The notes: generated from the sequence alone by a model not told the origin. DNA of 64,000 nt from Candidatus Latescibacterota bacterium (GCA_022823725.1 JAJEHL010000022.1:15881-79880); one strand, 5' to 3'. Counted from the first letter of the stretch, positions 19,610 through 29,373 are shown. Program-made: numbers and translations.

Positions 19610-19740
19610 CTCGTATCCAATCTAACAGAATTTGAACAAGACACAAGCCCGGTTGCATCTTTTATCCGAACCTGTGAACACCAAGCCGCTCGGCAATCAT
19701 CTCACCGAGCGGCTTGGCATGCAACGGACATCGCGTTTCA

Positions 19741-20700
19741 CTAACCGTACAGATGCGCCACATAATCGCCATACCCATTGTACATTTGGGTAGGCACGCG
19801 CTCCATCGTCCCGATCAACCGCTCCGTTGCTTGAGACCAGCGCGGGTGTGGCACATTGGGATTTACATTTGCCCAAAAATCGTACTCAGCAGGTGCCAGC
19901 TTGTTCCAGAAGGTAGGCGGTCTCTGTTTGGTAAACTCGATCTTCACAATGGACTTAATACTCTTAAATCCGTATTTCCACGGCGTAATCAACCGAATGG
20001 GCGCCCCGTGCTGCTTGGGCATCGCATGACCGTAAATACCCGTCGCGAGCATCGTCAGTTCATTCGTCGCCTCTTCCATTGTCAAGCCTTCAAAATAAGG
20101 CCACGGATACCAGGACTGCGTCTTGATACCCGGCGCCTGATCCGGACGATTGAACGTCACCATACGCACGTATTTTGCCGACGACTGGGGCTGCACATAA
20201 TCGATCAACGCCTTCATCGGAAACCCCGTCCACGGCACCGTCATCGCCCATGCTTCCACACACCGAAACCGATACACGCGCTCTTCCAGCGCGAACCGCT
20301 TGAGCAAATCATCCAGATCATACGTTCCGGGTTTCTCCACAAAGCCAGAAATCTCCACCTCCCAGGGACGCACCTCAAACTTATCCGTCAACTCGTGAAC
20401 TTTGCCCTTATTCGTGGTAAACTCGTAAAAATTATTGTATCGCGCGGCAATCTTCTCCCGGGTCAATTCCCGCTCCACCGTATAAATTTCATTGCGCTTT
20501 GCCGGATACAAACCCGGCAGTGATGGGGGGACTTCCACCTCAAACTCATCTTCTGCTGTCGCGCAACCCGCACCAATCACCGCGCTCGCGCCTGCGACAC
20601 CTATCGCTTGCATAAAGCACCGACGATTCACATAAATGTCTTCGGGCGTAACCTCGCCTTCGGGCAACTGCCAGCCTTTGGGAATATGGATAAAAGCCAT
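19741..20700 (-). CDS. msrP: Protein-methionine-sulfoxide reductase catalytic subunit MsrP (YedY), Tat-exported molybdoenzyme
   Basis: NRRCFM Tat motif, YNNFYEF, RCVEAW Mo-Cys, PWKYGFKSIKSI, HPRWSQA. Confidence 0.95.
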   Translation of the reverse strand: MAFIHIPKGWQLPEGEVTPEDIYVNRRCFMQAIGVAGASAVIGAGCATAEDEFEVEVPPSLPGLYPAKRNEIYTVERELTREKIAARYNNFYEFTTNKGKVHELTDKFEVRPWEVEISGFVEKPGTYDLDDLLKRFALEERVYRFRCVEAWAMTVPWTGFPMKALIDYVQPQSSAKYVRMVTFNRPDQAPGIKTQSWYPWPYFEGLTMEEATNELTMLATGIYGHAMPKQHGAPIRLITPWKYGFKSIKSIVKIEFTKQRPPTFWNKLAPAEYDFWANVNPNVPHPRWSQATERLIGTMERVPTQMYNGYGDYVAHLYG

Positions 20701-20732
20701 CGCCTGCCTCCAATTCTTGTTACAACGAGAAA

Positions 20733-22040
20733 TTACCGCTGATCCATCCCCACGTAATCGCGTATATCTACTCCGGTATAAATCTGGCGCGGGCGGGCGA
20801 TCTTCTGTTCGCTATCTCCCAGCATTTCTTTCCACTGCGCCAGCCAGCCACACGACCGTCCCACTGCAAATAACACCGTCATCATCCGCGTGGGCAACCC
20901 AATCGCCTGATAAATAATACCCGAATAAAAATCCACATTGGGATACAATTGCCGAGAGATAAAATACTCCTCCTGAAGCGCAATCCGCTCCAACTCCAGT
21001 GCAATATCAATCAACGGATTTTTACCCGTCACCTCAAACACACTATACGCGGTCTCTTTGACAATCGCCGCCCTGGGATCGTAATTCTTGTAAACCCGAT
21101 GCCCAAACCCTTGCAACACCACCTCTTTGTTCTCCACCCGCTCAATATAAGCTGGCACCTTATCCACCGAGCCGATCTCATTGAGCATATTGAGCACCGC
21201 CTCATTCGCGCCCCCGTGTGCCGGACCGTAAAGCGCCGCTGCTGCACCGGCCATAGATGAATACGGATCTGCCCCCCCACTGGCAATACCCCGCATAACG
21301 CTGGTAGATAAATTCTGACCGTGATCGGCGTGCAAAATAAGCAATACTTCCAGCGCGCGCTCGAGCACCGGATCAGCCCGATATGCCTCGCCCTCCGTGC
21401 CAAACAGCATATTCAAAAAATTGCCGTAAAGCCCCAAGCCGGGATCTGACGACACATAAGGCAGACCCGCACTGCGGCGATGCACCGCAGCACCTATGGC
21501 CACAACATTGCCAACCAGACGACAAATATGACGAAGTTGTGCCTCTTCGGTTCCAAAATCTCCCTCATCGTCGTAAAAAACCGACAGTGCCCCCAGCGCA
21601 CCCACCAGCATCCCCATCGTGTGAGACCCTCTGGGAAAACCATCGATAAAAGACAAAATATCGTCTGAAACCACCGTTTGAGAATTGACTTGTTCGGCAA
21701 ATGCATCGAGCTGACCGCAGCTGGGCAACTCGCCATAAACCAGCAAATAAGCCACTTCGAGATAAGACGACTCGGCCACCAACTGCTCAATGGGATATCC
21801 GCGATAGCGCAAAATCCCCTTTGCCCCATCGATATACGTAACCGAACTGCTGCAAGACGCCGTATTGACATACGACGGATCGTATCCCAAAAGTCCAAAA
21901 TCATTTTCCGAACTCTGGATTTGATTCAAATCTCCTGTGCGCACATGAGCACCGTCCTCAGAATACGTGCCATAAGTAATAGGTAAATCATACTTTTCAT
22001 CTGTCCGATTATCAATAACTGTAAGTGAATTCTTGCTCAT
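20733..22040 (-). CDS. gltA: Citrate synthase
   Basis: GILRYRGYP, HADHGQN, GPAHGGANE, GFGHRVYKNYDPRA, YPNVDFYSG. Confidence 0.95.
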   Translation of the reverse strand: MSKNSLTVIDNRTDEKYDLPITYGTYSEDGAHVRTGDLNQIQSSENDFGLLGYDPSYVNTASCSSSVTYIDGAKGILRYRGYPIEQLVAESSYLEVAYLLVYGELPSCGQLDAFAEQVNSQTVVSDDILSFIDGFPRGSHTMGMLVGALGALSVFYDDEGDFGTEEAQLRHICRLVGNVVAIGAAVHRRSAGLPYVSSDPGLGLYGNFLNMLFGTEGEAYRADPVLERALEVLLILHADHGQNLSTSVMRGIASGGADPYSSMAGAAAALYGPAHGGANEAVLNMLNEIGSVDKVPAYIERVENKEVVLQGFGHRVYKNYDPRAAIVKETAYSVFEVTGKNPLIDIALELERIALQEEYFISRQLYPNVDFYSGIIYQAIGLPTRMMTVLFAVGRSCGWLAQWKEMLGDSEQKIARPRQIYTGVDIRDYVGMDQR

Positions 22041-22088
22041 CACAAGCCCCTTTCTCATAATCCGCCCATTTGGAGGAGAATTGTTTTA

Positions 22089-22754
22089 CTATTGCGCTAT
22101 AACCTGATAAATTCTACGCGAACTGCTCTGATCTGCAGGATCGGACTGCACAGAAACCGCATCAAAAACGCGCTGCAATGCCCGTTCATAAGATCCCCCA
22201 CCCGCACAAATCGCAAGTGCTCCACCCGCCCGAAGTCGCATTTGCAACACGCGCAACATCGACAAACTATAAGCCTGGCGATTCTCTGCTCGTGCCACCT
22301 GATCTGGCCCAACATCAATATGCATCGCAATACCGTGATAATTGCGCGGTGTACCCTGCACATAAGAACAAAAATCGCCCACAATAAGCTCGACCCGTGC
22401 GTCATTTAGCAAATCGGCATTGGTCAAATAGGTGCGATTCCATTCTACAATTTGCGGCTCAATTTCCACCACACAAACGGACTGCACAGCCCTGTGCTTC
22501 AGCACCTGCCTCAGCGTCACACCCAGTCCAAGCCCACCGACCAACACATCGGCATATCTCTGACCTGGAGAAATGCCAGATAGTGCGAGGTCGGCAAGAG
22601 CGACCTCCAAATCGGAACTGCTACTCGCAATCGCACACCCATTTATAGAAAGCACATGACACCACTGCCCCTCAACCATTGTCTCATCAAGCCGAAAATT
22701 TCCATTTTGCGTCTCGACCGATGCCACATGGCTTAGCGTACTATCACTCTGCAT
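22089..22754 (-). CDS. Spermidine synthase-like SAM-dependent methyltransferase fold protein
   Basis: VLVGGLGLG motif I, VVEIE, DVGP. Confidence 0.7.
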   Translation of the reverse strand: MQSDSTLSHVASVETQNGNFRLDETMVEGQWCHVLSINGCAIASSSSDLEVALADLALSGISPGQRYADVLVGGLGLGVTLRQVLKHRAVQSVCVVEIEPQIVEWNRTYLTNADLLNDARVELIVGDFCSYVQGTPRNYHGIAMHIDVGPDQVARAENRQAYSLSMLRVLQMRLRAGGALAICAGGGSYERALQRVFDAVSVQSDPADQSSSRRIYQVIAQ

Positions 22755-22916
22755 TCATCGCGCCTTTTTTATTAAAAATTCAGTTTGGGCCAGTATTACA
22801 ATATAACGGAGATTCCAAAATTTTCAAATACATTTGGTCGGAAACAGGATCATTACTCCCTTGATTTTTAAAGCGCGAATCCCTTTATTGACGCACTGTT
22901 CAACAGGAATACACTT

Positions 22917-23738
22917 ATGAGTCAACACATCGGCAACATTGAAATCATAGCAACACATATCCCCCGCGGGCACTATCGCTCAGTGCTCTTTGATTTTGAC
23001 GGCACATTGTCGCTCATTCGCCAGGGCTGGCGCGAAATCATGATCCCTATGATGGTTGAGGTACTCTCAGAACTCAACACTGGCGAAACCGAAGCGGAAC
23101 ATCGCGCTCTGGTAGCCGAATTCATCGACCGCCTCACCGGCAAACAAACCATCTACCAGATGATTCAGTTGTGTGACGAAATCCAGAAACGCGGTGGCAC
23201 ACCAGACGATCCCCTCACCTACAAACAGCACTTTCACGACCAGCTCAACGCCCACATAGCCCATCGCATTCGCGGCCTCGAATCAGGTGATATCGCCCCC
23301 AACGACCTCATGCTGCCCCATACCCGCGCCCTGCTCGACAACCTGACCAAACGCGGCCTGGTACTTTATTTAGCCAGCGGCACCGACCTCGTCTTTGTCC
23401 GCCGCGAAGTCGAATTACTCGGCCTTACGGCCTACTTTGAAGACCGCGTCTTTGGCGCATTGGATCAGCACGAAAACTTTTCCAAAGCCATGGTCATTCA
23501 GAACATGCTCGAAACCCACGCCATAGACGGTTCTGAACTCCTCGGATTTGGCGATGGATACGTCGAAATCGAAAACGTAAAAGCCGTGGGCGGCACCGCT
23601 GTCGGCGTCGCATCAGACGAAGTCAAACGCGAAGGCATCAATGCCTGGAAGCGAAACCGCCTCATCGAAGTCGGTGCAGATATCATCATCCCGGAATACC
23701 GCGAGCAAGAAACCCTCATCGCGTATCTGTGTGATTAA
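22917..23738 (+). CDS. HAD family hydrolase
   Basis: FDFDGTLS, LASGT, GFGDG..E. Confidence 0.88.
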   Translation: MSQHIGNIEIIATHIPRGHYRSVLFDFDGTLSLIRQGWREIMIPMMVEVLSELNTGETEAEHRALVAEFIDRLTGKQTIYQMIQLCDEIQKRGGTPDDPLTYKQHFHDQLNAHIAHRIRGLESGDIAPNDLMLPHTRALLDNLTKRGLVLYLASGTDLVFVRREVELLGLTAYFEDRVFGALDQHENFSKAMVIQNMLETHAIDGSELLGFGDGYVEIENVKAVGGTAVGVASDEVKREGINAWKRNRLIEVGADIIIPEYREQETLIAYLCD

Positions 23739-23757
23739 CCACCCTAAAGGAGTTGAC

Positions 23758-24882
23758 ATGAAAATCACCAAACTCGAAACCTTCCTCGTCAAACCGCGCT
23801 GGCTCTTTCTCAAAATGCACACAGACGAGGGCCTCGTTGGCCTTGGCGAACCCATCCTCGAAGGACGCGCCCTTACATGTGCCCAGGCCGTAGCAGAACT
23901 CGAGCCCTATCTCATCGGCAAAGATCCCCGTCGCGTGGTCCATCACTGGCAGGCCATGTATCGCCATGCATTTTATCGCGGCGGACCCATTCTCACCAGC
24001 GCCCTATCCGGTGTCGAACAAGCACTTTGGGACCTCGCCGGAAAAGCCGCAGACATGCCCGTCTATGAAATGCTCGGCGGACCCTTGCGCGACCGCATCA
24101 AAATGTACAAAGGCACGGGAGGGGGCGGCACGCCCGAACAAGCCGCTGCCGCAGTAAAAGAGCGCAAAAAACAGGGATTTATCGCCATAAAGACCGGTCC
24201 AGCCAAAATTCGCCCGGCACGCATCGTCGAAAACCCGGCATTTATCGATCACGCCATCGAAACATTTGCCGCCATGCGCGAAGCGGGCGGACCGGACTTT
24301 GACATCGCCATCGACTTTCACGGCGCCATATCACCGCAAACCGCCGCCATCCTCATCAAAGCACTCGAACCCTACCAACCGATGTTTGTCGAAGAACCCA
24401 TCCAGTGTCAAGACATAGAAGGCATGGCAGAACTCGCGCGCAAAACCCACTTGCCCATCGCAACAGGCGAACGCATCTTCACCAAATGGGGCTTCCGAGA
24501 ACTCCTCGAAAAACGCGCCTGTTCCATCATACAACCCGACCTGTCACACGCTGGCGGCATCTTCGAGACCCGTCTGATTGCGGGCATGGCAGAATCCTAT
24601 TACGCCGCCGTTGCCCCGCACTGTCCACTGGGTCCCATTTCATTAGCTGCCTGTATCCAGCTCGACGCCAGCATACCCAACTTTCTCGCGCAAGAACACA
24701 CCATGTTTGGCGAAGACTACCTCAAAGAACCGTTCCAATTCAAAGACGGCTACGTCGAATTGCCCAAAGGTCCCGGCCTTGGCATTGAACTGGACGACGA
24801 CAAAATGGAAGACAAAATTGGCCACGACTGGAATAATCAAAGATCCCTTCACCCAGATGACGGATCGGTCGTCGATTGGTAA
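23758..24882 (+). CDS. dgoD: Galactonate dehydratase (enolase superfamily)
   Basis: MKITKLETF, GLGEP, DFHG, EEP, ATGER, APHCPLGP. Start moved to 23758 (RBS AAGGAG). Confidence 0.85.
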   Translation: MKITKLETFLVKPRWLFLKMHTDEGLVGLGEPILEGRALTCAQAVAELEPYLIGKDPRRVVHHWQAMYRHAFYRGGPILTSALSGVEQALWDLAGKAADMPVYEMLGGPLRDRIKMYKGTGGGGTPEQAAAAVKERKKQGFIAIKTGPAKIRPARIVENPAFIDHAIETFAAMREAGGPDFDIAIDFHGAISPQTAAILIKALEPYQPMFVEEPIQCQDIEGMAELARKTHLPIATGERIFTKWGFRELLEKRACSIIQPDLSHAGGIFETRLIAGMAESYYAAVAPHCPLGPISLAACIQLDASIPNFLAQEHTMFGEDYLKEPFQFKDGYVELPKGPGLGIELDDDKMEDKIGHDWNNQRSLHPDDGSVVDW

Positions 24883-24894
24883 CTGCAAAAGCGC

Positions 24895-24990
24895 GAATAG
24901 ACGAACCCCGCCCAACCACCCAAAACCTCTGGATTGCGGCTTAAAGCCTGCCGCAATGACGGCTTTCAGGTACATTACCTGCTTCATTGA
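24895..24990. repeat. REP-like family, long copy D
   Basis: Matches B, G and H; followed by GTTGATTC units. Confidence 0.9.
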
Positions 24991-25023
24991 TTCGTTGATT
25001 CACTGATTCCTTAAGGAGACCTC

Positions 25024-25761
25024 ATGTCACAACTCACTGGAAAAATCGCACTCGTCACAGGCAGTGGACGGGGTATTGGTCGCGCCATTGCCATCGCCTT
25101 TGCCAAAGAAGGAGCCGACCTCATACTCGCCGCACGCACGACCGAACAACTCGATGCCGTTGCCGAAGAAATTCGCGCCCTCGGTCGCAAAGTCTTGTCC
25201 GTCCCCACCGACGTCACCAACCGCGAGAGCGTAGATGCACTGGCAGAAAAAGTCCGCGGAGAATTTGACCGCCTGGACATCCTCGTCAACAACGCGGGCG
25301 GCGGCATAGAGCGCAACAGCATCCTCGACAGCGATCCCGATCTCTGGATCAAAGATGTCACGGTAAACTGCATCAGCGCCTACCTCGTCTCACACGCCCT
25401 GCTCCCCCTCATGATTGACTCCGGCGGTGGCAGAGTCATCAACGTGGGATCGGGCATGGGCCATCGCCCCAGAGCGGGCGGTTCTGCGTATCAAGTCGGC
25501 AAAGCCGGCATGTGGATGTTCACCCAATCCCTCTCAGAAGAAGTCTGGGAAAACAACATCACGGTCAACGAACTCATCCCCGGCCCGGTAGCCACACGTC
25601 TTACCGGCGACCGCATGAGAGTGGGCGGTCCACCACCCTTCGCACCCAGCGAAGTCGTCAAAGCACCCGAAGATGTCGCCCCCCTCGCGCTCTTCTTAGC
25701 CACCCAACCCGACGGGGGACCGACCGCTCAAACCTTCAGCCTGACCCGTCGCCCGATCTAA
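25024..25761 (+). CDS. SDR family oxidoreductase
   Basis: TGSGRGIG, NNAG, YQVGK. Confidence 0.92.
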   Translation: MSQLTGKIALVTGSGRGIGRAIAIAFAKEGADLILAARTTEQLDAVAEEIRALGRKVLSVPTDVTNRESVDALAEKVRGEFDRLDILVNNAGGGIERNSILDSDPDLWIKDVTVNCISAYLVSHALLPLMIDSGGGRVINVGSGMGHRPRAGGSAYQVGKAGMWMFTQSLSEEVWENNITVNELIPGPVATRLTGDRMRVGGPPPFAPSEVVKAPEDVAPLALFLATQPDGGPTAQTFSLTRRPI

Positions 25762-25783
25762 CCCCATCCCAAAAGGAACAGCT

Positions 25784-27736
25784 ATGTCAAAAAAAATCAT
25801 CGCCTATGGCATGGACGGATTCATCACCCCGATGATGAAATACTTTGCCGACGAAGGCGTTATCCCAACTTTCAAACGCCTGCTCGACGAAGGCGCAGTC
25901 AACGAAACCTTCCCCTCTTTACCCGTCTGGACGCCCACCAACTGGGCAACCCTCTCCACTGGCGCGCACACCGGCACACACAGCGTCACGCGCTGGCGCG
26001 TCGAAGTAGGTCCCGGCGAACGCATCAACTCTTTTCACGGCCGCGCCAACAATGCCGAGCGCCTGTGGAACGCCCTCGAGCGCGAAGACCTCAAAGGCGT
26101 TGCTCTGCACTATCCGGCAGCACATCCCTCAGGCGTGGAAAAAGGATATGTCATCGACGGCTTTGGTCACCCCGGACACGCCAGCACCGACTATGAAATC
26201 GCCGCCGCACAGGCTTATACCACCGCCAAACACGTCGAAGAAATCGTACAAATGGACCACGACGGCACAGCCGTCCGCAGAAGACAGCGAAGCATAGAAC
26301 CCATCCCCGCACTATCGCCTGCAGATGGCTGGACCAATCTTCCGCAGAGCGCAGCCCCGCCCCTCGTTTCCACCATTGAAATCCACGCACGCCTCGGCGG
26401 CGACATCAACCGCTTTTACCTGCTCGTCTTTGCCAGTGCCAACAACGGATACGACACCCTCCGCGTTTGCCGATCCCAAAATGGCAACGACCACATCGCC
26501 GAAGCCAGCACGGGGTCGTGGAGCAACTGGGCCATCGAACCTTTCAGCATTGAAAGCCGCGAACAACGCGCCTCTGTGCGCTTCAAACTCCTCGAACTCG
26601 AACTCGACGGCTCCCATCTCAAGCTCTACCGCTCTCAGATCACATATAGCGATGGCTTCACATATCCAGATGACCTCGCCGACGAACTCATCCAGCGATT
26701 TGGTCCCTATCAAGAACACGCCTCCATGACCCCCTACACCTCTGGCATGACCGACTTTGACACCGCCCTTGAAGAATGCGAATATCAGGGCCTCTGGTTT
26801 GCCGACGTCGCCAATTATATGCTCCATGAAAAAGGTGCCAATTTCTTTATCTGTCACTGGCATCTCTACGACTACATCAACCACATCCACCTCGACGGCG
26901 TCGATCCGGTTTGCCCGGCTTACGATCCCGACAAAGCCGACGATATTATGCACCTCTTCCGCAAAGCCTATATCGTTGGCGACAAAATTTTAAAACGCAT
27001 GTGGGATGCCGCCGATGATACCACATACGTCGGCGTGCTTTCCGATCACGGCGCATCGCCAGATGTGCGCATCGCCAATATCCGAAAATTCCTGCACGAC
27101 AGCGGATTCACCGTCCTGAAAGAAGACGCCGGCGACGGCGTTGAGCGCGATGAAGTCCTGGAAAGAGAAATCGACTTTGAAAAAACCCGCGCCTACCTCA
27201 AAGACGACAAGGGATTCGACATCTGGATCAACGCCGAACCCGGTCCCGTATTCGACGAAATCGAACGCGACCTCCTCCTCGCCCTTCGCACCTGGGTCGA
27301 TGAAGAAATCGGTCGCAATGTCGTAGCCATCGCCCTGCCCAGACGCGACGCGTACATACTCGGGCAATGGGGCGACCAGTGCGGCGATGTCATTTTCGCA
27401 TGGGATCACGGATTCGTCAGCGGCTACTACGGCCAGTGGAAAGGCATTGTAGGCGGTGGCTGCGTCGGCGCGCCCGAAGTCTTCGGCGCACACCACGGCG
27501 GCTTTATCCCCACGCGCAGCGACATCTCATCGAGCTTTGGTTCTTTTTTCCTTTCAGGTCCCGGCATCAAAAAAGGCTACGAACGCCCCACAGAAAAACT
27601 CGGCTACATCCACGCCGCAGACGTCGTCCCCACGCTTTGCCACATCTTCGGCATTGCGCCTCCCGACCAGAGCCAGGGCGCGGTTGCCTACGACATTCTC
27701 GAAGGGCATGAAATGGTGCGGGAACGACCTGAGTAA
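25784..27736 (+). CDS. Alkaline phosphatase superfamily protein (nucleotide pyrophosphatase/phosphodiesterase type) with large insert
   Basis: GMDG, PVWTPTNWATLSTG (Thr nucleophile region), SDHG, AHHGG, DVVPTL. Confidence 0.8.
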   Translation: MSKKIIAYGMDGFITPMMKYFADEGVIPTFKRLLDEGAVNETFPSLPVWTPTNWATLSTGAHTGTHSVTRWRVEVGPGERINSFHGRANNAERLWNALEREDLKGVALHYPAAHPSGVEKGYVIDGFGHPGHASTDYEIAAAQAYTTAKHVEEIVQMDHDGTAVRRRQRSIEPIPALSPADGWTNLPQSAAPPLVSTIEIHARLGGDINRFYLLVFASANNGYDTLRVCRSQNGNDHIAEASTGSWSNWAIEPFSIESREQRASVRFKLLELELDGSHLKLYRSQITYSDGFTYPDDLADELIQRFGPYQEHASMTPYTSGMTDFDTALEECEYQGLWFADVANYMLHEKGANFFICHWHLYDYINHIHLDGVDPVCPAYDPDKADDIMHLFRKAYIVGDKILKRMWDAADDTTYVGVLSDHGASPDVRIANIRKFLHDSGFTVLKEDAGDGVERDEVLEREIDFEKTRAYLKDDKGFDIWINAEPGPVFDEIERDLLLALRTWVDEEIGRNVVAIALPRRDAYILGQWGDQCGDVIFAWDHGFVSGYYGQWKGIVGGGCVGAPEVFGAHHGGFIPTRSDISSSFGSFFLSGPGIKKGYERPTEKLGYIHAADVVPTLCHIFGIAPPDQSQGAVAYDILEGHEMVRERPE

Positions 27737-27742
27737 AAAAAT

Positions 27743-27958
27743 ATGACACGACAATTTGCTCTCTGCATCAATAACGAGGGATACGAGGCATCTCTTGAAG
27801 TGGGTAAGGTTTATCGCATGATTCCCGATGAAGAAGCCTCTGCGCCTGGCTATATTCGCATCATTGATGAAAGTGGTGAAGATTATGCCTTTAGCGACCA
27901 CCACTTTTATCGTATTGACCTGCCCAATGCCGTTGGGGAGATATTGGCATCTGCGTAG
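27743..27958 (+). CDS. Small hypothetical protein
   Basis: 71-aa ORF right after the preceding gene and ahead of a terminator; composition differs from its neighbours. Confidence 0.6.
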   Translation: MTRQFALCINNEGYEASLEVGKVYRMIPDEEASAPGYIRIIDESGEDYAFSDHHFYRIDLPNAVGEILASA

Positions 27959-27983
27959 CAGGGATAGCTCATAAACACATGGC

Positions 27984-28024
27984 ACAGAAAAGGGCGTGCG
28001 AAATCGAATCGCACGCCCTTCTGT
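27984..28024. terminator. Bidirectional terminator
   Basis: AAGGGCGTGCGA / TCGCACGCCCTT stem between convergent genes. Confidence 0.8.
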
Positions 28025-28048
28025 ATTAAAATGAGACTGTTTTTCAGA

Positions 28049-28255
28049 TCATGACGCCCACTTGAGCTTTTTCTTGGTATGGACGCAGTCCCGGAGATAC
28101 AGATTGATCAAACTCTGATATGGAATACCCGTTTCTTCCGCCAAATCCTTAAAATACGCAATTACATCTGTTCCCAAACGAAGCGTAACCTGCTTCTTAA
28201 AATGCTTTGCATAGGGATTCCTGACGGATTTCGAGAAGTCGTATTCTTTTCTCAT
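28049..28255 (-). CDS. brnA: BrnA/CopG-type antitoxin
   Basis: EYDFSK, VTLRL..DVIAYFK, GIPYQSLIN; ATGA overlap with the toxin. Confidence 0.85.
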   Translation of the reverse strand: MRKEYDFSKSVRNPYAKHFKKQVTLRLGTDVIAYFKDLAEETGIPYQSLINLYLRDCVHTKKKLKWAS

Positions 28256-28545
28256 AACATATACCTTTCGTATTGTCGTTGTTCGTTCTTATTGGCCTTT
28301 CGAGCTGAAATAATTCTGATCATCGTATCTTCTTCTCGATAACAGTGAATGACAACCAGGATCCGAAAAGATGAACTGAACCCGAGCATAATAAACCGAT
28401 CTTCTTCTTCAGAGTGGTCTGGATCAAAAATCATTCTTGCATTGGGATCGTAAAATACTGTTTGAGCTTCTTCAAAAGAAACTCTGTGTTTTCTTAAATT
28501 CGCTTCAGCTTTATTATGATCCCATATAAATTTGACCGGCTCCAT
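28252..28545 (-). CDS. brnT: BrnT family ribonuclease toxin
   Basis: FIWD..KA..N..KH.VSFEEA, EEDRF, RIISARKA. Confidence 0.9.
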   Translation of the reverse strand: MEPVKFIWDHNKAEANLRKHRVSFEEAQTVFYDPNARMIFDPDHSEEEDRFIMLGFSSSFRILVVIHCYREEDTMIRIISARKANKNEQRQYERYML

Positions 28546-28611
28546 AATTAAAATATAATTATATTAGCAACATATTGTCAATATAAATTTTTACCTCTTC
28601 CATGTCTCACA

Positions 28612-29373
28612 TCACCGACAACAGCGAAACCCGATCGCCTTGCCCTGCCATATAGGACTCAGTCGTCCGCGCTCTTGCACTCGCACGGCTGGTGCGCCAT
28701 TTACCCAACCGCCACCGCGCATCACGCGCAAGCTCCCACTCTCTGGACCCGGGGGATTCTCTCGAGGACTATTGCGATAATAATCCACGCGATACCAATC
28801 CGCCACCCACTCCCACACATTACCCGACAAATCCGACACCTCAAAAGGACTCATACCCTCGGGAAAACTACCCACAGTCGCAGGCTTGCCCACATGCCCA
28901 TTAAAATTCAATCGCATCGGATCGGGCTCCTCATTGCCCCAAGGATAAATACGCCCATCGCCTCCTGCGGCCTTTTCCCACTCCGCCTCGGAACACAACC
29001 GCTTGCCTGCCCACGCGCAAAAATCCTGTGCATCAAACCAGGTCACACCAACGACGGGTTGCCGCGCAGCATTAAACCCCACGGAATCGGCACAAGCCGA
29101 AGGATCGCGTCCTGTAGTCGCAACAAACAACCTGTAATCCGCGTTCACCACCTCAAAGCGATCAATCCAGAAAGCATCTAAAAAGACCACATGCTCGGGA
29201 CCTTCATCCCGTCCATATTCATTGGTACCCATCGCAAATTCGCCCGCGGGAATTTGAATCATCTCTTCAATCAAATCGCCCTCTGATTCTGGCTGAACGG
29301 GATAATCATCTCCGCAACCAGCGATCAACCCCATCCCAATGAGCACGCATAAAAATTTTAAAATACCGCCCAT
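28612..29373 (-). CDS. FGE/SUMF1-fold lipoprotein (lacks the catalytic Cys pair)
   Basis: Lipobox LIAGC, FAMG, EVVNADY, EAEWEKAA, GNVWEW, RGGGW, GFRC. Confidence 0.85.
   Translation of the reverse strand: MGGILKFLCVLIGMGLIAGCGDDYPVQPESEGDLIEEMIQIPAGEFAMGTNEYGRDEGPEHVVFLDAFWIDRFEVVNADYRLFVATTGRDPSACADSVGFNAARQPVVGVTWFDAQDFCAWAGKRLCSEAEWEKAAGGDGRIYPWGNEEPDPMRLNFNGHVGKPATVGSFPEGMSPFEVSDLSGNVWEWVADWYRVDYYRNSPRENPPGPESGSLRVMRGGGWVNGAPAVRVQERGRLSPIWQGKAIGFRCCR

Noticed and set aside
22888-22915. TTGACG-16-TACACT promoter before the HAD gene
   Set aside because: The -10-like box ends 1 nt before the ATG, too close even for a leaderless transcript. Unsupported without TSS data.
28612-29373. Sulfatase-maturing formylglycine-generating enzyme
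   Set aside because: The catalytic CxxxxC after RGGS is missing (RGGGWVNGAP) and it has a lipoprotein signal. It is an FGE-fold protein only.
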